A DNA stretch of 64,000 nt from Promethearchaeota archaeon (GCA_048938855.1 JBHLLT010000002.1:1-64000), one strand, 5' to 3'. Counted from the first letter of the stretch, positions 30,242 through 39,626 are shown. Notes: generated by a model not told the origin, from the sequence alone. Numbers and translations are program-made.

Positions 30242-30727
30242 ATGATGACAAGAAACTTTCCTAAAAAAGTCCGAAACATGAGAGGAAGACGGACTCATGG
30301 GTATGGTAGAGTAGGTCAACATAGAAAGACTGGACAAAGAGCTGGAAGAGGAAAAACTACTCAATGGAAAAAAAGCAAAAAAAGTTACTACTTAAAGCAA
30401 AAAGAACTTGGATTTCCAGATCCAGATTGGGACTTGGGAAAGAAGGGTTTTAAAAGACCACAGGATATAACCAGAATTTATCAGGTTAATACGATAAATA
30501 TTAAAGACTTAGATAACAAAATAGATAATTTAGTTTTAGATAAAAAAGCAGATAAATCTGGAAATACCTATAGTATAAATCTGAATAAATTAAATATTCA
30601 AAAAATACTTGGGCGAGGAGAAATAAATAAGGTAATTAATATTACTGTGAATAAAGCTTCTAAAAAAGCGATTGAGAAAATCCAAGCTGCTGGGGGTAAA
30701 ATTACCTTATTATCGCAAGCAGAATAA
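30242..30727 (+). CDS. rpl15: Ribosomal protein uL15
   Basis: RG.RTHGYGRVGQHR, GKKGF, KILGRG, AIEKI.AAGG. Confidence 0.96.
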   Translation: MMTRNFPKKVRNMRGRRTHGYGRVGQHRKTGQRAGRGKTTQWKKSKKSYYLKQKELGFPDPDWDLGKKGFKRPQDITRIYQVNTINIKDLDNKIDNLVLDKKADKSGNTYSINLNKLNIQKILGRGEINKVINITVNKASKKAIEKIQAAGGKITLLSQAE

Positions 30728-30790
30728 ATCAAAAGTTAAATTATTTTCCAACTAAGAATTTTTTAATTATATTACCTAAAAGAACATAAA

Positions 30791-30934
30791 ATGGAAGCTG
30801 CAAACATTGATGAAAACGATACCGATGATTCTGATACTAAGAGAAAAAAGAATCATGTTTATTTAATAATTTGTATAATTTTAATGATTGTCTTAATGCT
30901 CCCTTCTACATTAGCATTTTTAGCCATATTTTAA
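30791..30934 (+). CDS. 47-aa small protein with a single C-terminal TM helix; not in ORF track
   Basis: Own translation: MEAANIDENDTDDSDTKRKKNHVYLIICIILMIVLMLPSTLAFLAIF; fills the gap after rpl15. Confidence 0.55.
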   Translation: MEAANIDENDTDDSDTKRKKNHVYLIICIILMIVLMLPSTLAFLAIF

Positions 30935-30947
30935 ATTATTACTGATT

Positions 30948-31589
30948 TTAATAAAGCATCTTATTTGCTAATTGGATTAACCCTGGTAATATAAAAATAA
31001 ATCCAAGTGTGTTTCCAACAATATGTACAATTGTAAATATTGCACCTGTAAGAAAACGAGCTATGAATTGATTAATGGTCCCATAAGTTAAAACGTCAAT
31101 TAATGTAGAAATAACCTGAAAGTTTAAAGTCATAAATGCCCCTATAAATCCTAAGATTACCATAACTGAAAATTTATACATATCATCATCAAAGTTTATT
31201 ATTCTTTTTTTTATAAATAAAGAACTGATTATTGCTCCCGATAATCCGATCAAAGAATAATATCCTAATTGGAATGCTAAAAGGGGTAAAGGAGAAGCAC
31301 CAAAAGGATTAAAAAAGCAAAAAATAAATGAACTCAAAAACCCTACAATCACTCCATCTCTTTTCCCTAATATAAAACCTGATAAAAAAATAGTTAGAGT
31401 AAATAGCTCAATATTAGGAATTTGAACTAACAAATAGCCTAATACTATAGCTAAAGCTATGAAGGTGCTTATCAATGCAATTCGAAAAGAAGTCCTTTCT
31501 AACCATATTGAATGATTTACCTTTTCTTGTTCCGTTTGTGTTACTTCAACTTTTTCAATAACTTTTTTAAACTCAGATTCTAACTCCAA
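30948..31589 (-). CDS. ECF transporter substrate-binding S component
   Basis: IALISTFIALAIV, IPNIE, G.ILG...G..VG; hydrophobic helices; TIVHIVGN. Confidence 0.75.
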   Translation of the reverse strand: MELESEFKKVIEKVEVTQTEQEKVNHSIWLERTSFRIALISTFIALAIVLGYLLVQIPNIELFTLTIFLSGFILGKRDGVIVGFLSSFIFCFFNPFGASPLPLLAFQLGYYSLIGLSGAIISSLFIKKRIINFDDDMYKFSVMVILGFIGAFMTLNFQVISTLIDVLTYGTINQFIARFLTGAIFTIVHIVGNTLGFIFILPGLIQLANKMLY

Positions 31590-31654
31590 TATTCTCAGAT
31601 TAAGATTTTCAAATAATAGTTATGATTAAAAATGATAGGGAATTTAAAAATATG

Positions 31655-31671
31655 TAGGATAACTTATCCTA
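31655..31671. promoter_or_regulatory. Perfect palindrome resembling a DtxR-family operator, upstream of the ECF S-component gene
   Basis: TAGGATAA-c-TTATCCTA; related copies at 32805 and 32865. Confidence 0.55.
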
Positions 31672-31691
31672 TGACAAATTTGTCTAAATAT

Positions 31692-32099
31692 TTAAACAGA
31701 AAAGAAATCTTTAAGGTTTGAAATATCAGAATTTACCGATTTAGGCTTATTAAAGTAAACCTCATTTGGGTAATTTCTAATCGAAAATTCAGCTAATTGA
31801 AAAAGAATTTTATTAAGTGCTCTTCCTTTCTGTGTTAAACAATACTCAATATTTACAGGTGTAGTTGAAATTACTAATTTTTCAATTAATTTTGATTCAA
31901 TTAATTCTTTCAAGCGCAATGATAGCATCTTGGTGCTAATTTGAGGATTTGATTTTAAAAATTCTGAAAATTTTTTTTTTCCTTTAAAGAGATCTCTTAT
32001 TATTTGCAATGTCCATTTTTTACCTAAATAATTCAATGCTATTTCAATCGGACAATTTTTCATATTACTCAAATCTTCCCAAACTTCCAATTTCCTCAC
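31692..32099 (-). CDS. HxlR-family winged-helix transcriptional regulator
   Basis: CPIEIAL..LGKKWT..IIRDL, IS.KMLS.RLKEL, P..IEY.LT.KG. Confidence 0.92.
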   Translation of the reverse strand: MRKLEVWEDLSNMKNCPIEIALNYLGKKWTLQIIRDLFKGKKKFSEFLKSNPQISTKMLSLRLKELIESKLIEKLVISTTPVNIEYCLTQKGRALNKILFQLAEFSIRNYPNEVYFNKPKSVNSDISNLKDFFSV

Positions 32100-32160
32100 A
32101 ATATTACAAATTAGTTACTATTTAGTTTAAATATTATAATTCTTTGTTACTATTTAACAC

Positions 32161-32181
32161 TTTATAACATAATGTTATAAA
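32161..32181. promoter_or_regulatory. 10-bp inverted repeat between the divergent hxlR and SRPBCC genes
   Basis: TTTATAACAT-a-ATGTTATAAA; GTTACTATTTA direct repeats at 32114 and 32146. Confidence 0.4.
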
Positions 32182-32211
32182 CTTTAATAATTGCTTTATT
32201 GATCCTTTAAA

Positions 32212-32673
32212 ATGGAAAACATAATTTTAATTAAAGAAGAATTAGATTGCGACATTAATTTCGCCTATAAAATGTTTACGGTTAATAATGCCTTAGAAAA
32301 ATGGTTAACTGAAGAAGCAAATGTGGATCCTAAGCTTGGGGGTAAATTTGAACTTTTTTGGGATCCAAAGAATAAACAAATAAACAGTACAATCGGTTGT
32401 AAAATTACTGGGATTGAAAGAAATAGATTTATTTCATTTGATTGGAAGGGTCCAATGGAATTTCAAAAGTTTATGAATACAGCTGATCCTCTTACTCATA
32501 TCATCGTATTTTTTTCTGAAAATAGTAATAATCCATCTAAAACGATAATATATCTATTCCATACAGGTTGGAGAAATAATGATGAATGGCAAGAAGCACG
32601 TAACTATTTTGAAAAAGCTTGGTCTAAAGCTTTACAAGGATTAAAAGAAAGAGTTAGAAGTAAAACCATATAA
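32212..32673 (+). CDS. SRPBCC/AHSA1-like domain protein
   Basis: L.KW, GG.FEL.W, ISFDW, LFHTGW, W..AL..LK. Confidence 0.85.
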   Translation: MENIILIKEELDCDINFAYKMFTVNNALEKWLTEEANVDPKLGGKFELFWDPKNKQINSTIGCKITGIERNRFISFDWKGPMEFQKFMNTADPLTHIIVFFSENSNNPSKTIIYLFHTGWRNNDEWQEARNYFEKAWSKALQGLKERVRSKTI

Positions 32674-32804
32674 CTATAAGGTCCTATTTTTCAACCTCTT
32701 ATTTTTTGTTATTAGTGGAATTATCAAATATTTTTAATTTTAACTTATGAATATAACCATCACTTCTAGATACATTATTTTATGAATAGAGGGTTAAAAT
32801 TCCG

Positions 32805-32881
32805 TAGGATAAATTACCATATCTTTAAATAAGGTGTTTCTTTCACAAATTTATATTTAGGAGAAATGGTAAGCTATCCTA
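32805..32881. promoter_or_regulatory. Two inverted copies of the DtxR-like operator upstream of the DUF4430 protein gene
   Basis: TAGGATAAATTACCATA (32805-32821) and, on the minus strand, TAGGATAGCTTACCATT (32881-32865). Confidence 0.5.
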
Positions 32882-32927
32882 ACATAATTTAAATATTAAA
32901 AACAATACTCTGAATGACTTTAAAAGT

Positions 32928-34727
32928 ATGAAGAATTTAAAAAAAATTATATATTTCATCGCCACATTAGTTCTAATCCAATTAATCTTTTCATCATCAG
33001 TCCCAATTGTTAAAGCTGATAACACAATCGCAGATTCATATTATCAAAATCTTGATTTTAATCGTACGTATGTATATGAAGTATCTAAATTCGGAGATTC
33101 AGTAGGATGGTACAACTTCACCCCTTGGCCTGGTAATTCTTATGAAGGAGACTGGAAATCTAATACTGGTGGTCAAATATGGATTAATTTAACTGGATTT
33201 TATAAAAAGGATTCAAACGATTGGGGAAATGTATTTGAAGATCCTATACCTTGGTATGATCTTAATATAATAGAAAACAATCTAGGTCTTCTTAATATAA
33301 ACTTCACTTTGAATAATAGATCCAATAGTGAAGTCGCAAGAGCATTGACTCTTGGTTTTAATAATTTTCAATCAGGTTTTCTAATTCCAAATGCTAATCT
33401 TACACAAATTAAAGAACTTGCGACACAGCAAGCCGATCCGGGGGGATTATATGATATTGTTGGTAAGATTGAATTAGAAGAAACTTATAATTTCCTTTAT
33501 ATTGGTTTTAGCCAAATAGGTGGTAACCAACAGACTGATTTAATCTATGACAAAAAGTCTGGGCTGTTAGTTTGGGCAAAAACTAGTATTTTTGGATACT
33601 TACTCGAAATTCAATCTTTAAACTTTACTCTTGATTATGCTTCAAGTTTTATTTATAATGTAGACAATTTTGGTGGAGCAGTTGGTTGGTATAATTTTAC
33701 GCCATGGCCAGGAAATTCATATGAAGGTGATTGGAAAACTAATTCTGGTGGACAAATAATTGTGAATTTTACAGGTTATTACGATAAAGACCCAAACGAT
33801 TGGGGTAATATTCTTTATGGGCCCATTCCCTGGTTTGATATTGAAGTGGTTGAAAACATATCCAGTATCTTTTTAACAAATTTTACCCTTAGTAATAGAT
33901 CGAATAGTGAACTAAGTTGGGCTCTTACTCTTGGATATAACAACTTTCAACCAGGTTTTCTTCTTCATATCGTGAATAACTTGACCAGTGTAAAGAAATT
34001 AGCTCTGCAAGAAGCATCAGGATTTGTTAATGGATTAGTAACTATTGAAGAAACAGAACTAGCAATTAAGATTACATTTGATCAAATTGGTGGAGGTCAA
34101 GGGACTTATCTAATTTATGAAAAACGAACAGGTCTTTTACTCTGGGTAAAAACATTTGTAGGTAGCTATCTACTCGAGATGGCTATTAATGAATATACCC
34201 CTTGGGAGTTTGATGGGGAAAATAATATAATTCCAAATGATCTCCTGCAAAAGGCTTTACCCTACATAATTATTTCTTCAATTAGCATCATCTTAATGTC
34301 TACATCAATGATCATTTCAAGAGTAAATAGGAAATTCAAGAAATTTAATAAATTTGTCTTGATTGCAATATTAGCAAGTGCTAGCTTTACTTCATTTTTT
34401 GTGTTCACATCTAGTATAAAGATAGGAGAAGTAAATGAACCTTTGAGAAATGTTCAAGATATTTCATTAGTTGTTGATTATGGAAATGGCACAATAAAAA
34501 TGTGGGAAAACTTTGAATTATCAAATTATAATACTACAGCATTTGATGCTTTAAAGAAGTGGTGTAAAATAGAATATACTGATTATGGAGATATGGGAAT
34601 TCTAGTAGAATCTATTAATCACCTAAAAGGAAATTGGCGTTTTTCAATAAATGATGAATTTCCAGGAGTTTCAGCAAATAAATATAATTTACAGAATGGA
34701 GATTTAGTAAAGTGGATTTTTGGATAA
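32928..34727 (+). CDS. Signal-peptide surface protein with a tandemly duplicated 193-aa domain, two TM helices and a C-terminal DUF4430-like domain
   Basis: GWYNFTPWPGNSYEGDWK occurs twice 579 nt apart; C-terminal VDYGNG, TAFDAL, G.LVESIN, W.FSIN, A.KY.L.NGD.V.W. Confidence 0.75.
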   Translation: MKNLKKIIYFIATLVLIQLIFSSSVPIVKADNTIADSYYQNLDFNRTYVYEVSKFGDSVGWYNFTPWPGNSYEGDWKSNTGGQIWINLTGFYKKDSNDWGNVFEDPIPWYDLNIIENNLGLLNINFTLNNRSNSEVARALTLGFNNFQSGFLIPNANLTQIKELATQQADPGGLYDIVGKIELEETYNFLYIGFSQIGGNQQTDLIYDKKSGLLVWAKTSIFGYLLEIQSLNFTLDYASSFIYNVDNFGGAVGWYNFTPWPGNSYEGDWKTNSGGQIIVNFTGYYDKDPNDWGNILYGPIPWFDIEVVENISSIFLTNFTLSNRSNSELSWALTLGYNNFQPGFLLHIVNNLTSVKKLALQEASGFVNGLVTIEETELAIKITFDQIGGGQGTYLIYEKRTGLLLWVKTFVGSYLLEMAINEYTPWEFDGENNIIPNDLLQKALPYIIISSISIILMSTSMIISRVNRKFKKFNKFVLIAILASASFTSFFVFTSSIKIGEVNEPLRNVQDISLVVDYGNGTIKMWENFELSNYNTTAFDALKKWCKIEYTDYGDMGILVESINHLKGNWRFSINDEFPGVSANKYNLQNGDLVKWIFG

Positions 34728-34787
34728 GCATCTTTTTTTTTAACTTCTATAGAATTAAATAGAAACTTGAAGAATAAGTGTAAATAA

Positions 34788-35231
34788 TTAATATTTCATA
34801 TCTTTTGTATCAATTTTTTTCAAAACAGGTTCCATTTCTCTGAATGCTTTTCTAATTTTATGAAAATAGTAACCTAATTTATACCCCTTCTTACAATTTG
34901 TAAATAACATGAAATTATTATCAGCAGAACCAACTAGAATAATTGTATACCCTTTAGTTCCTCTTATTACAATATCTCTTAATTCACCTTGTTCTAATCC
35001 TTGACTAATCTTTTCTCCTAAAGAGATTAATGTAGCTGGACTTGCACTATAAATATCCCAAACAACATCAGCCGTCTCAGAACTTGCAATTCTTAACCCA
35101 GTTTTTGAGACTACTGCAGTTCCCTCTAAATCTGTTGACGCTTCAAGATTTTCTAGATTCCGCATTAGCTCATCTAGTATTTCTTGGCTAATATCAATTT
35201 CAGATTCTTTTGCTTTTTCCAATTTAAACAC
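34788..35231 (-). CDS. Roadblock/LC7 domain protein
   Basis: GTAVVS.TGL.IAS, SA..ATL.SLG, G.L.DIVIRG.KGY. Confidence 0.85.
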   Translation of the reverse strand: MFKLEKAKESEIDISQEILDELMRNLENLEASTDLEGTAVVSKTGLRIASSETADVVWDIYSASPATLISLGEKISQGLEQGELRDIVIRGTKGYTIILVGSADNNFMLFTNCKKGYKLGYYFHKIRKAFREMEPVLKKIDTKDMKY

Positions 35232-35262
35232 CTTACTTATGATAATATTAATTTTTAAGAAT

Positions 35263-36681
35263 TTAAATGTTTTTTAGTTGAAAGCTTCTTAATTCTTTGA
35301 GGAATACTGGATCTCCTTTCTTTACATTTTTATTTTCTTCCTTTATACCAACAATAACCGCACCTTTAGTACCAAATGTGTTTAAAATCTTAGTAAAAGG
35401 TGGTTCCAATACTTTACCAATAAGTTTTTTTGCACCAATAGTGCTTTGAGCTAAACCAGTACAAATAATTCCTTCAGAATGTTCGGGATTTTTAATATTT
35501 CCTCTTTTAATTTTATATCGGTAAAACGTAGGCGGTTTATTATAAATTTTCAATAATTCTGCTGATCCTAATATTCTTAAAGTAGTTGGAGGTAAATCTA
35601 ACCGACTTAATAACATGAATGTGCTCTCTTTTCTTATTAAAACCTTTTCTTTAAATAAAACAATCGCTTTAAATCCTCGATCTTCTTTTGATCCAGTTGT
35701 TTGGATCCTTTTTCCATCCAATTCATAATATGGATAGATATATCCTGTCGTAGTAAACATTCCAATAGTAATATGCATTTGAATCCCAAAACTTGTTTTA
35801 GGTTTGAATAAGGGATTATTATTAACCTTAACTTCGATTATCCTGCAATTTTCAAAAGCATTAGGATTTGATGTTGCATAACAGCCTCTATAAACTTTCT
35901 TCCAATCAATTCCTTTAATATTAATTCCAACTCTATCACCTGCCTTTGCTGTTCGAACATTTTGGTGGAATATCTGGATATTTTTAACTCTGCCAGATAT
36001 TTTTAAGGGTACAATTTCTAGATCTTGATTTAGATTTAATTTACCATTTAAAATTGTACCAGTTAAAATAGCACCCAACCCTTTTATTGGAAAATGATGA
36101 TCAATAGGAATAATAGTATCTCCTTCGATATGTCTTTTAATCTTTAAAGATTCCACAATCTTTAAGATTCCTTCTTTTAATTCCTCAAATCCTATTTTAT
36201 TTTTAGCAGAAACCGCAAAAATAGGTATATTATAACCAAAAGAAGTTGTTTCAAAAAATTCTCTAGTTTTTTTTATTTCTGCATCAACATTACCGCTGAA
36301 CAAATCAATTTTATTGAGAACAACTATGATTTTATCGATTTTAAGAGATTCTATCATAATAAGATGCTCTCCAGTTTGGATTTGAGGACCTTTGTTAATA
36401 TCAATAACGATTATAGCACAATCTATAATTTCTACAGAAGATGCACTAATTTTTATCAAGTCAGCATGACCAGGACCATCTACTAACGTAACTATGTACT
36501 TATCAAGCAAGAAGCTTGTAAAACCCAAATCAATAGTGATCCCACGTTCTCTACTTTGAGGATGTGCATCAATTCCTGCTGTAGAGATTATTTGACTAAG
36601 TACTGAAGCAATTTTAGTTTTTCCCGAGTCAATATGACCAAATAATCCAATGTGTATCGGAATTTTATCCTCTATTGACAT
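35263..36681 (-). CDS. selB: Selenocysteine-specific elongation factor SelB/EFSec (archaeal/eukaryal type)
   Basis: GHIDSGKT, D.HPQSRERGITIDLGF, VDGPGHADLI, NKID, DHHFPIKG.G, LDLPPTTLRI; no bacterial winged-helix extension. Confidence 0.93.
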   Translation of the reverse strand: MSIEDKIPIHIGLFGHIDSGKTKIASVLSQIISTAGIDAHPQSRERGITIDLGFTSFLLDKYIVTLVDGPGHADLIKISASSVEIIDCAIIVIDINKGPQIQTGEHLIMIESLKIDKIIVVLNKIDLFSGNVDAEIKKTREFFETTSFGYNIPIFAVSAKNKIGFEELKEGILKIVESLKIKRHIEGDTIIPIDHHFPIKGLGAILTGTILNGKLNLNQDLEIVPLKISGRVKNIQIFHQNVRTAKAGDRVGINIKGIDWKKVYRGCYATSNPNAFENCRIIEVKVNNNPLFKPKTSFGIQMHITIGMFTTTGYIYPYYELDGKRIQTTGSKEDRGFKAIVLFKEKVLIRKESTFMLLSRLDLPPTTLRILGSAELLKIYNKPPTFYRYKIKRGNIKNPEHSEGIICTGLAQSTIGAKKLIGKVLEPPFTKILNTFGTKGAVIVGIKEENKNVKKGDPVFLKELRSFQLKNI

Positions 36682-37102
36682 CCTATTTTAATTTCTTTTT
36701 TAAATATAATTAAAAATGATTTTCTTATAAAATGAATTTTTTCATTTTAAACCTATAATTCCAAACAAATATTTATTAATCCGTTTACTCTATATTAGAA
36801 ATAATATCTTGTTATAAACAAAATTTGGTTGGATTATGATTCAATATCAATTGAATTAGATTTTACCCCTAAATTCATAATCCCAGTATTTTATAGGCTT
36901 TATGTCTAGTATACTCAACCTTGGAAGATAGTAGAATATCTTACGAGTGCTTAACTCATCCATTCCCTGTTTTAAAGATTAACATCATCACAAATTTGAA
37001 TCTGATTCCTTATAGCATTATATACTGATGTAAAGCTCCATTAAAGTTAAATAATGATAAATAAATATTATCAAAATTATAATAAAAAGGAGGTGAAAAA
37101 GT

Positions 37103-37291
37103 ATGGACATAAAAAGAGCAAAGGAATTAACTACTGAATTAGCAAGTTTAATAGATCATATTGATAAAGAAGTTATAAGCGAATTTAATAAAATGAGTGA
37201 AAAACTGCAAAATGAGATAAGGGTTAAAGTTTTAGCAATTCTGAATGAATTAGACATTAGATCTGGAGAAGTAATAGACTTCGGAAGCTAA
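37103..37291 (+). CDS. Small helical hypothetical protein
   Basis: 62-aa ORF preceded by a strong SD, AAGGAGGTGA. Confidence 0.65.
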   Translation: MDIKRAKELTTELASLIDHIDKEVISEFNKMSEKLQNEIRVKVLAILNELDIRSGEVIDFGS

Positions 37292-37490
37292 TTTTTAATT
37301 AATAGAAACTGATTACAAAAAACTAATAAATTTTTTTTATTATATCTATAAAAAATTAAATGAGATTTTAGAGAGAAATATGAAAAATAACATAATAATT
37401 CTTTTAAATATTGGACTCTAATAGACTTATAATTAAAGTTTTATTTTTCTTAAATAAAGGATATTAAAATAACTTCAAATTGATGGATTT

Positions 37491-38357
37491 ATGAGTAAAT
37501 TTTGTCCATATTGTGGCAATCCCGTAAAAGAAAGTGATAAATTTTGTATTATTTGTGGTAAACCTCTGCTTACTGATATTCCTAAGCGAGAAAAGAAGCC
37601 AGAAATACAGGAAGCTAAGAAAGATGAAAAAGTCAAGCCAGTTGAAAAGAAGGTAGAAATCACAAAAGAAGAAGTAGAAGAAGTGGCTGATGAAGAACCA
37701 ATACTTGTTAAGAAAAGTGTATTTAAAAAAACTAAAGAAACAGGAGATGTTAAACCTCTTCCAGAAGAAGTAAAAGAACAAATGGTTTATTACATAGAGT
37801 ATAATGATCTCCAACTAAATAAAAAGGTTTTAGTTGAAAAATTAACTGAACTTTCTAAATCCACTAAAGATCCTAAATATGAGTATGATCAGAATTTTAA
37901 GAAAGAAATAACATTAAAATTGGAAGCACTAAAAACTCTAATAGACGAATTGAAACAGAAAGAGAGTGTAATCAAACAAAATTTAGAAGAACCTTTCATA
38001 GTTCAAAGGATCACAACTGATATTGATACTAAAGTATTCCAGCTTGAGAATTTATCAAAAGAACATAAATTACATAAAGTTGATGAAGAGACTTTTGAAA
38101 AATTAAAAGAAAAATATAAACAAGAAAAATCTGACCTAGAAAAACAGAAGGAAGATTTAATAGCAGGGATGAAATTATGGATTAAAGATTTGAAATTAGA
38201 AAAAGCAGAATTAAACAGTGAACGAAAACTTAATAAAGGTAGATTTCATGCAAAAGAGATAACAGAGGAAGAGTTTCAGAAGAATGATAAAGATTTTGAT
38301 TTGAAAATAAAGAAAGCAGACACAAAAATAAAAACCCTAGAAGATTTAACAAATTAG
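37491..38357 (+). CDS. Zinc-ribbon + coiled-coil protein
   Basis: FCPYCG...FCIICG followed by long E/K-rich heptads. Confidence 0.8.
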   Translation: MSKFCPYCGNPVKESDKFCIICGKPLLTDIPKREKKPEIQEAKKDEKVKPVEKKVEITKEEVEEVADEEPILVKKSVFKKTKETGDVKPLPEEVKEQMVYYIEYNDLQLNKKVLVEKLTELSKSTKDPKYEYDQNFKKEITLKLEALKTLIDELKQKESVIKQNLEEPFIVQRITTDIDTKVFQLENLSKEHKLHKVDEETFEKLKEKYKQEKSDLEKQKEDLIAGMKLWIKDLKLEKAELNSERKLNKGRFHAKEITEEEFQKNDKDFDLKIKKADTKIKTLEDLTN

Positions 38358-38407
38358 GTTTTTTCGTAAAAATATTTTATTAATAATTATTATTATTCTT
38401 GATAAAC

Positions 38408-38533
38408 ATGAGAAATAAATTACTTGCGATTATAATCCTACTAATAGCACTGTCACTCATCGTGATTGGTATAGTTCAAGGGCAAAACTTAATAATAAAT
38501 TCTATTTATGAAGAAATGGCCTTAGTAGCTTAA
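38408..38533 (+). CDS. 41-aa small membrane or secreted peptide; not in ORF track
   Basis: Own translation: MRNKLLAIIILLIALSLIVIGIVQGQNLIINSIYEEMALVA. Confidence 0.5.
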   Translation: MRNKLLAIIILLIALSLIVIGIVQGQNLIINSIYEEMALVA

Positions 38534-38829
38534 TATTCCCACTTTCCCTTTTTTGCAAGCGCTGAATTATCTAAAAAACCTTTCTTCTGAAATATCTTTT
38601 CTTGTGATTTTCTATATTTATTTGCAAGATTATAATGAGCTTTACACAAATAAATCTTATGAAAAGCATTAGTTTTAAATTTCAGACCTGCTTTCTCAAT
38701 AAATTTTTTCCAAGAGTTTTCAGAAAGTGATCGAACAACATTTTCACGACAACCTTGAATCGAGCAAATTCTATTTTTGGCTGATCTGGTCAAATCTGTT
38801 TTATCTTTAATCTCTTTCGGAAGTTTCAT
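38530..38829 (-). CDS. Small basic hypothetical protein with a putative C3H zinc site
   Basis: CSIQGC...YLCKAHY. Confidence 0.7.
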   Translation of the reverse strand: MKLPKEIKDKTDLTRSAKNRICSIQGCRENVVRSLSENSWKKFIEKAGLKFKTNAFHKIYLCKAHYNLANKYRKSQEKIFQKKGFLDNSALAKKGKWEY

Positions 38830-38899
38830 AGTTAAACACTTGTAAAAACTTTATTAGAATAAAATATTATGTTTTTTAATATAATATATCTTAAAATTT

Positions 38900-39622
38900 T
38901 TGCTAAAACAGATGGATTCAGCCAACTTAATTTTTAATAGAGAAATAATTCAAAAAGCTTTATATCCTTGTGAATCTCCATTACGCGTCTCTATTAAAGA
39001 TAGTTTTTTCACTAGTTCTGCTGTTCTTTTTACTATAATTCCATATAAGAATAAACCTTATGAACTAGTTCTAATTCATCGCTCAGATAAAGGAACAAGA
39101 CATCGGGGTGAAATGTCATTTCCTGGAGGTAAGTTTGAGCCTCAATATGATAAAAGTTTAAGAGACACCGCATTAAGAGAAACAGAAGAAGAAATAGGAG
39201 TATCTCGTGACAAAATTAATATTTTAGGTTGTTTGGATGATTTTCCAACAATGACGCGTTTTATTATCACTCCATTTTTAGGTACAATTGACAAAAATCA
39301 AGTTTTGATAAGAGACGAGAGAGAGGTTCAAAAAATTCTTAAAATCCCGATTGATTTTTTTACAAGCAAGATACATTTTCAAGAACAAGCCGTTGATATT
39401 GAAGATAAAAAGTTCCCAATCTTTTATTTTAACTATTTTGATAAGGATAATTCTCAAAAATATACTGTATGGGGCGCAACTGCCTACTTAATTGTATTAT
39501 TTATTGAAAAAATTTATGAAGTCACAATGTCAAAATTAGGATTAGAACGTTTTAAACTTGAAAAAATTAAACATCTGAAAGAATATATTAAATATAGAAA
39601 TCAAATAAAAAATAAATTCTAG
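38900..39622 (+). CDS. Nudix hydrolase, CoA pyrophosphatase subfamily
   Basis: H.GEMSFPGG, ALRETEEEIG, VWGATA. Confidence 0.9.
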   Translation: MLKQMDSANLIFNREIIQKALYPCESPLRVSIKDSFFTSSAVLFTIIPYKNKPYELVLIHRSDKGTRHRGEMSFPGGKFEPQYDKSLRDTALRETEEEIGVSRDKINILGCLDDFPTMTRFIITPFLGTIDKNQVLIRDEREVQKILKIPIDFFTSKIHFQEQAVDIEDKKFPIFYFNYFDKDNSQKYTVWGATAYLIVLFIEKIYEVTMSKLGLERFKLEKIKHLKEYIKYRNQIKNKF

Positions 39623-39626
39623 ATTT

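Noticed and set aside
36831-37027. SECIS element or cobalamin riboswitch
   Set aside because: On the minus strand an AUGA..AAAA..UGA spacing and an AACAGGGAA word occur, but the SECIS helix pairs poorly, no UGA-containing ORF is adjacent and the B12-box is absent.
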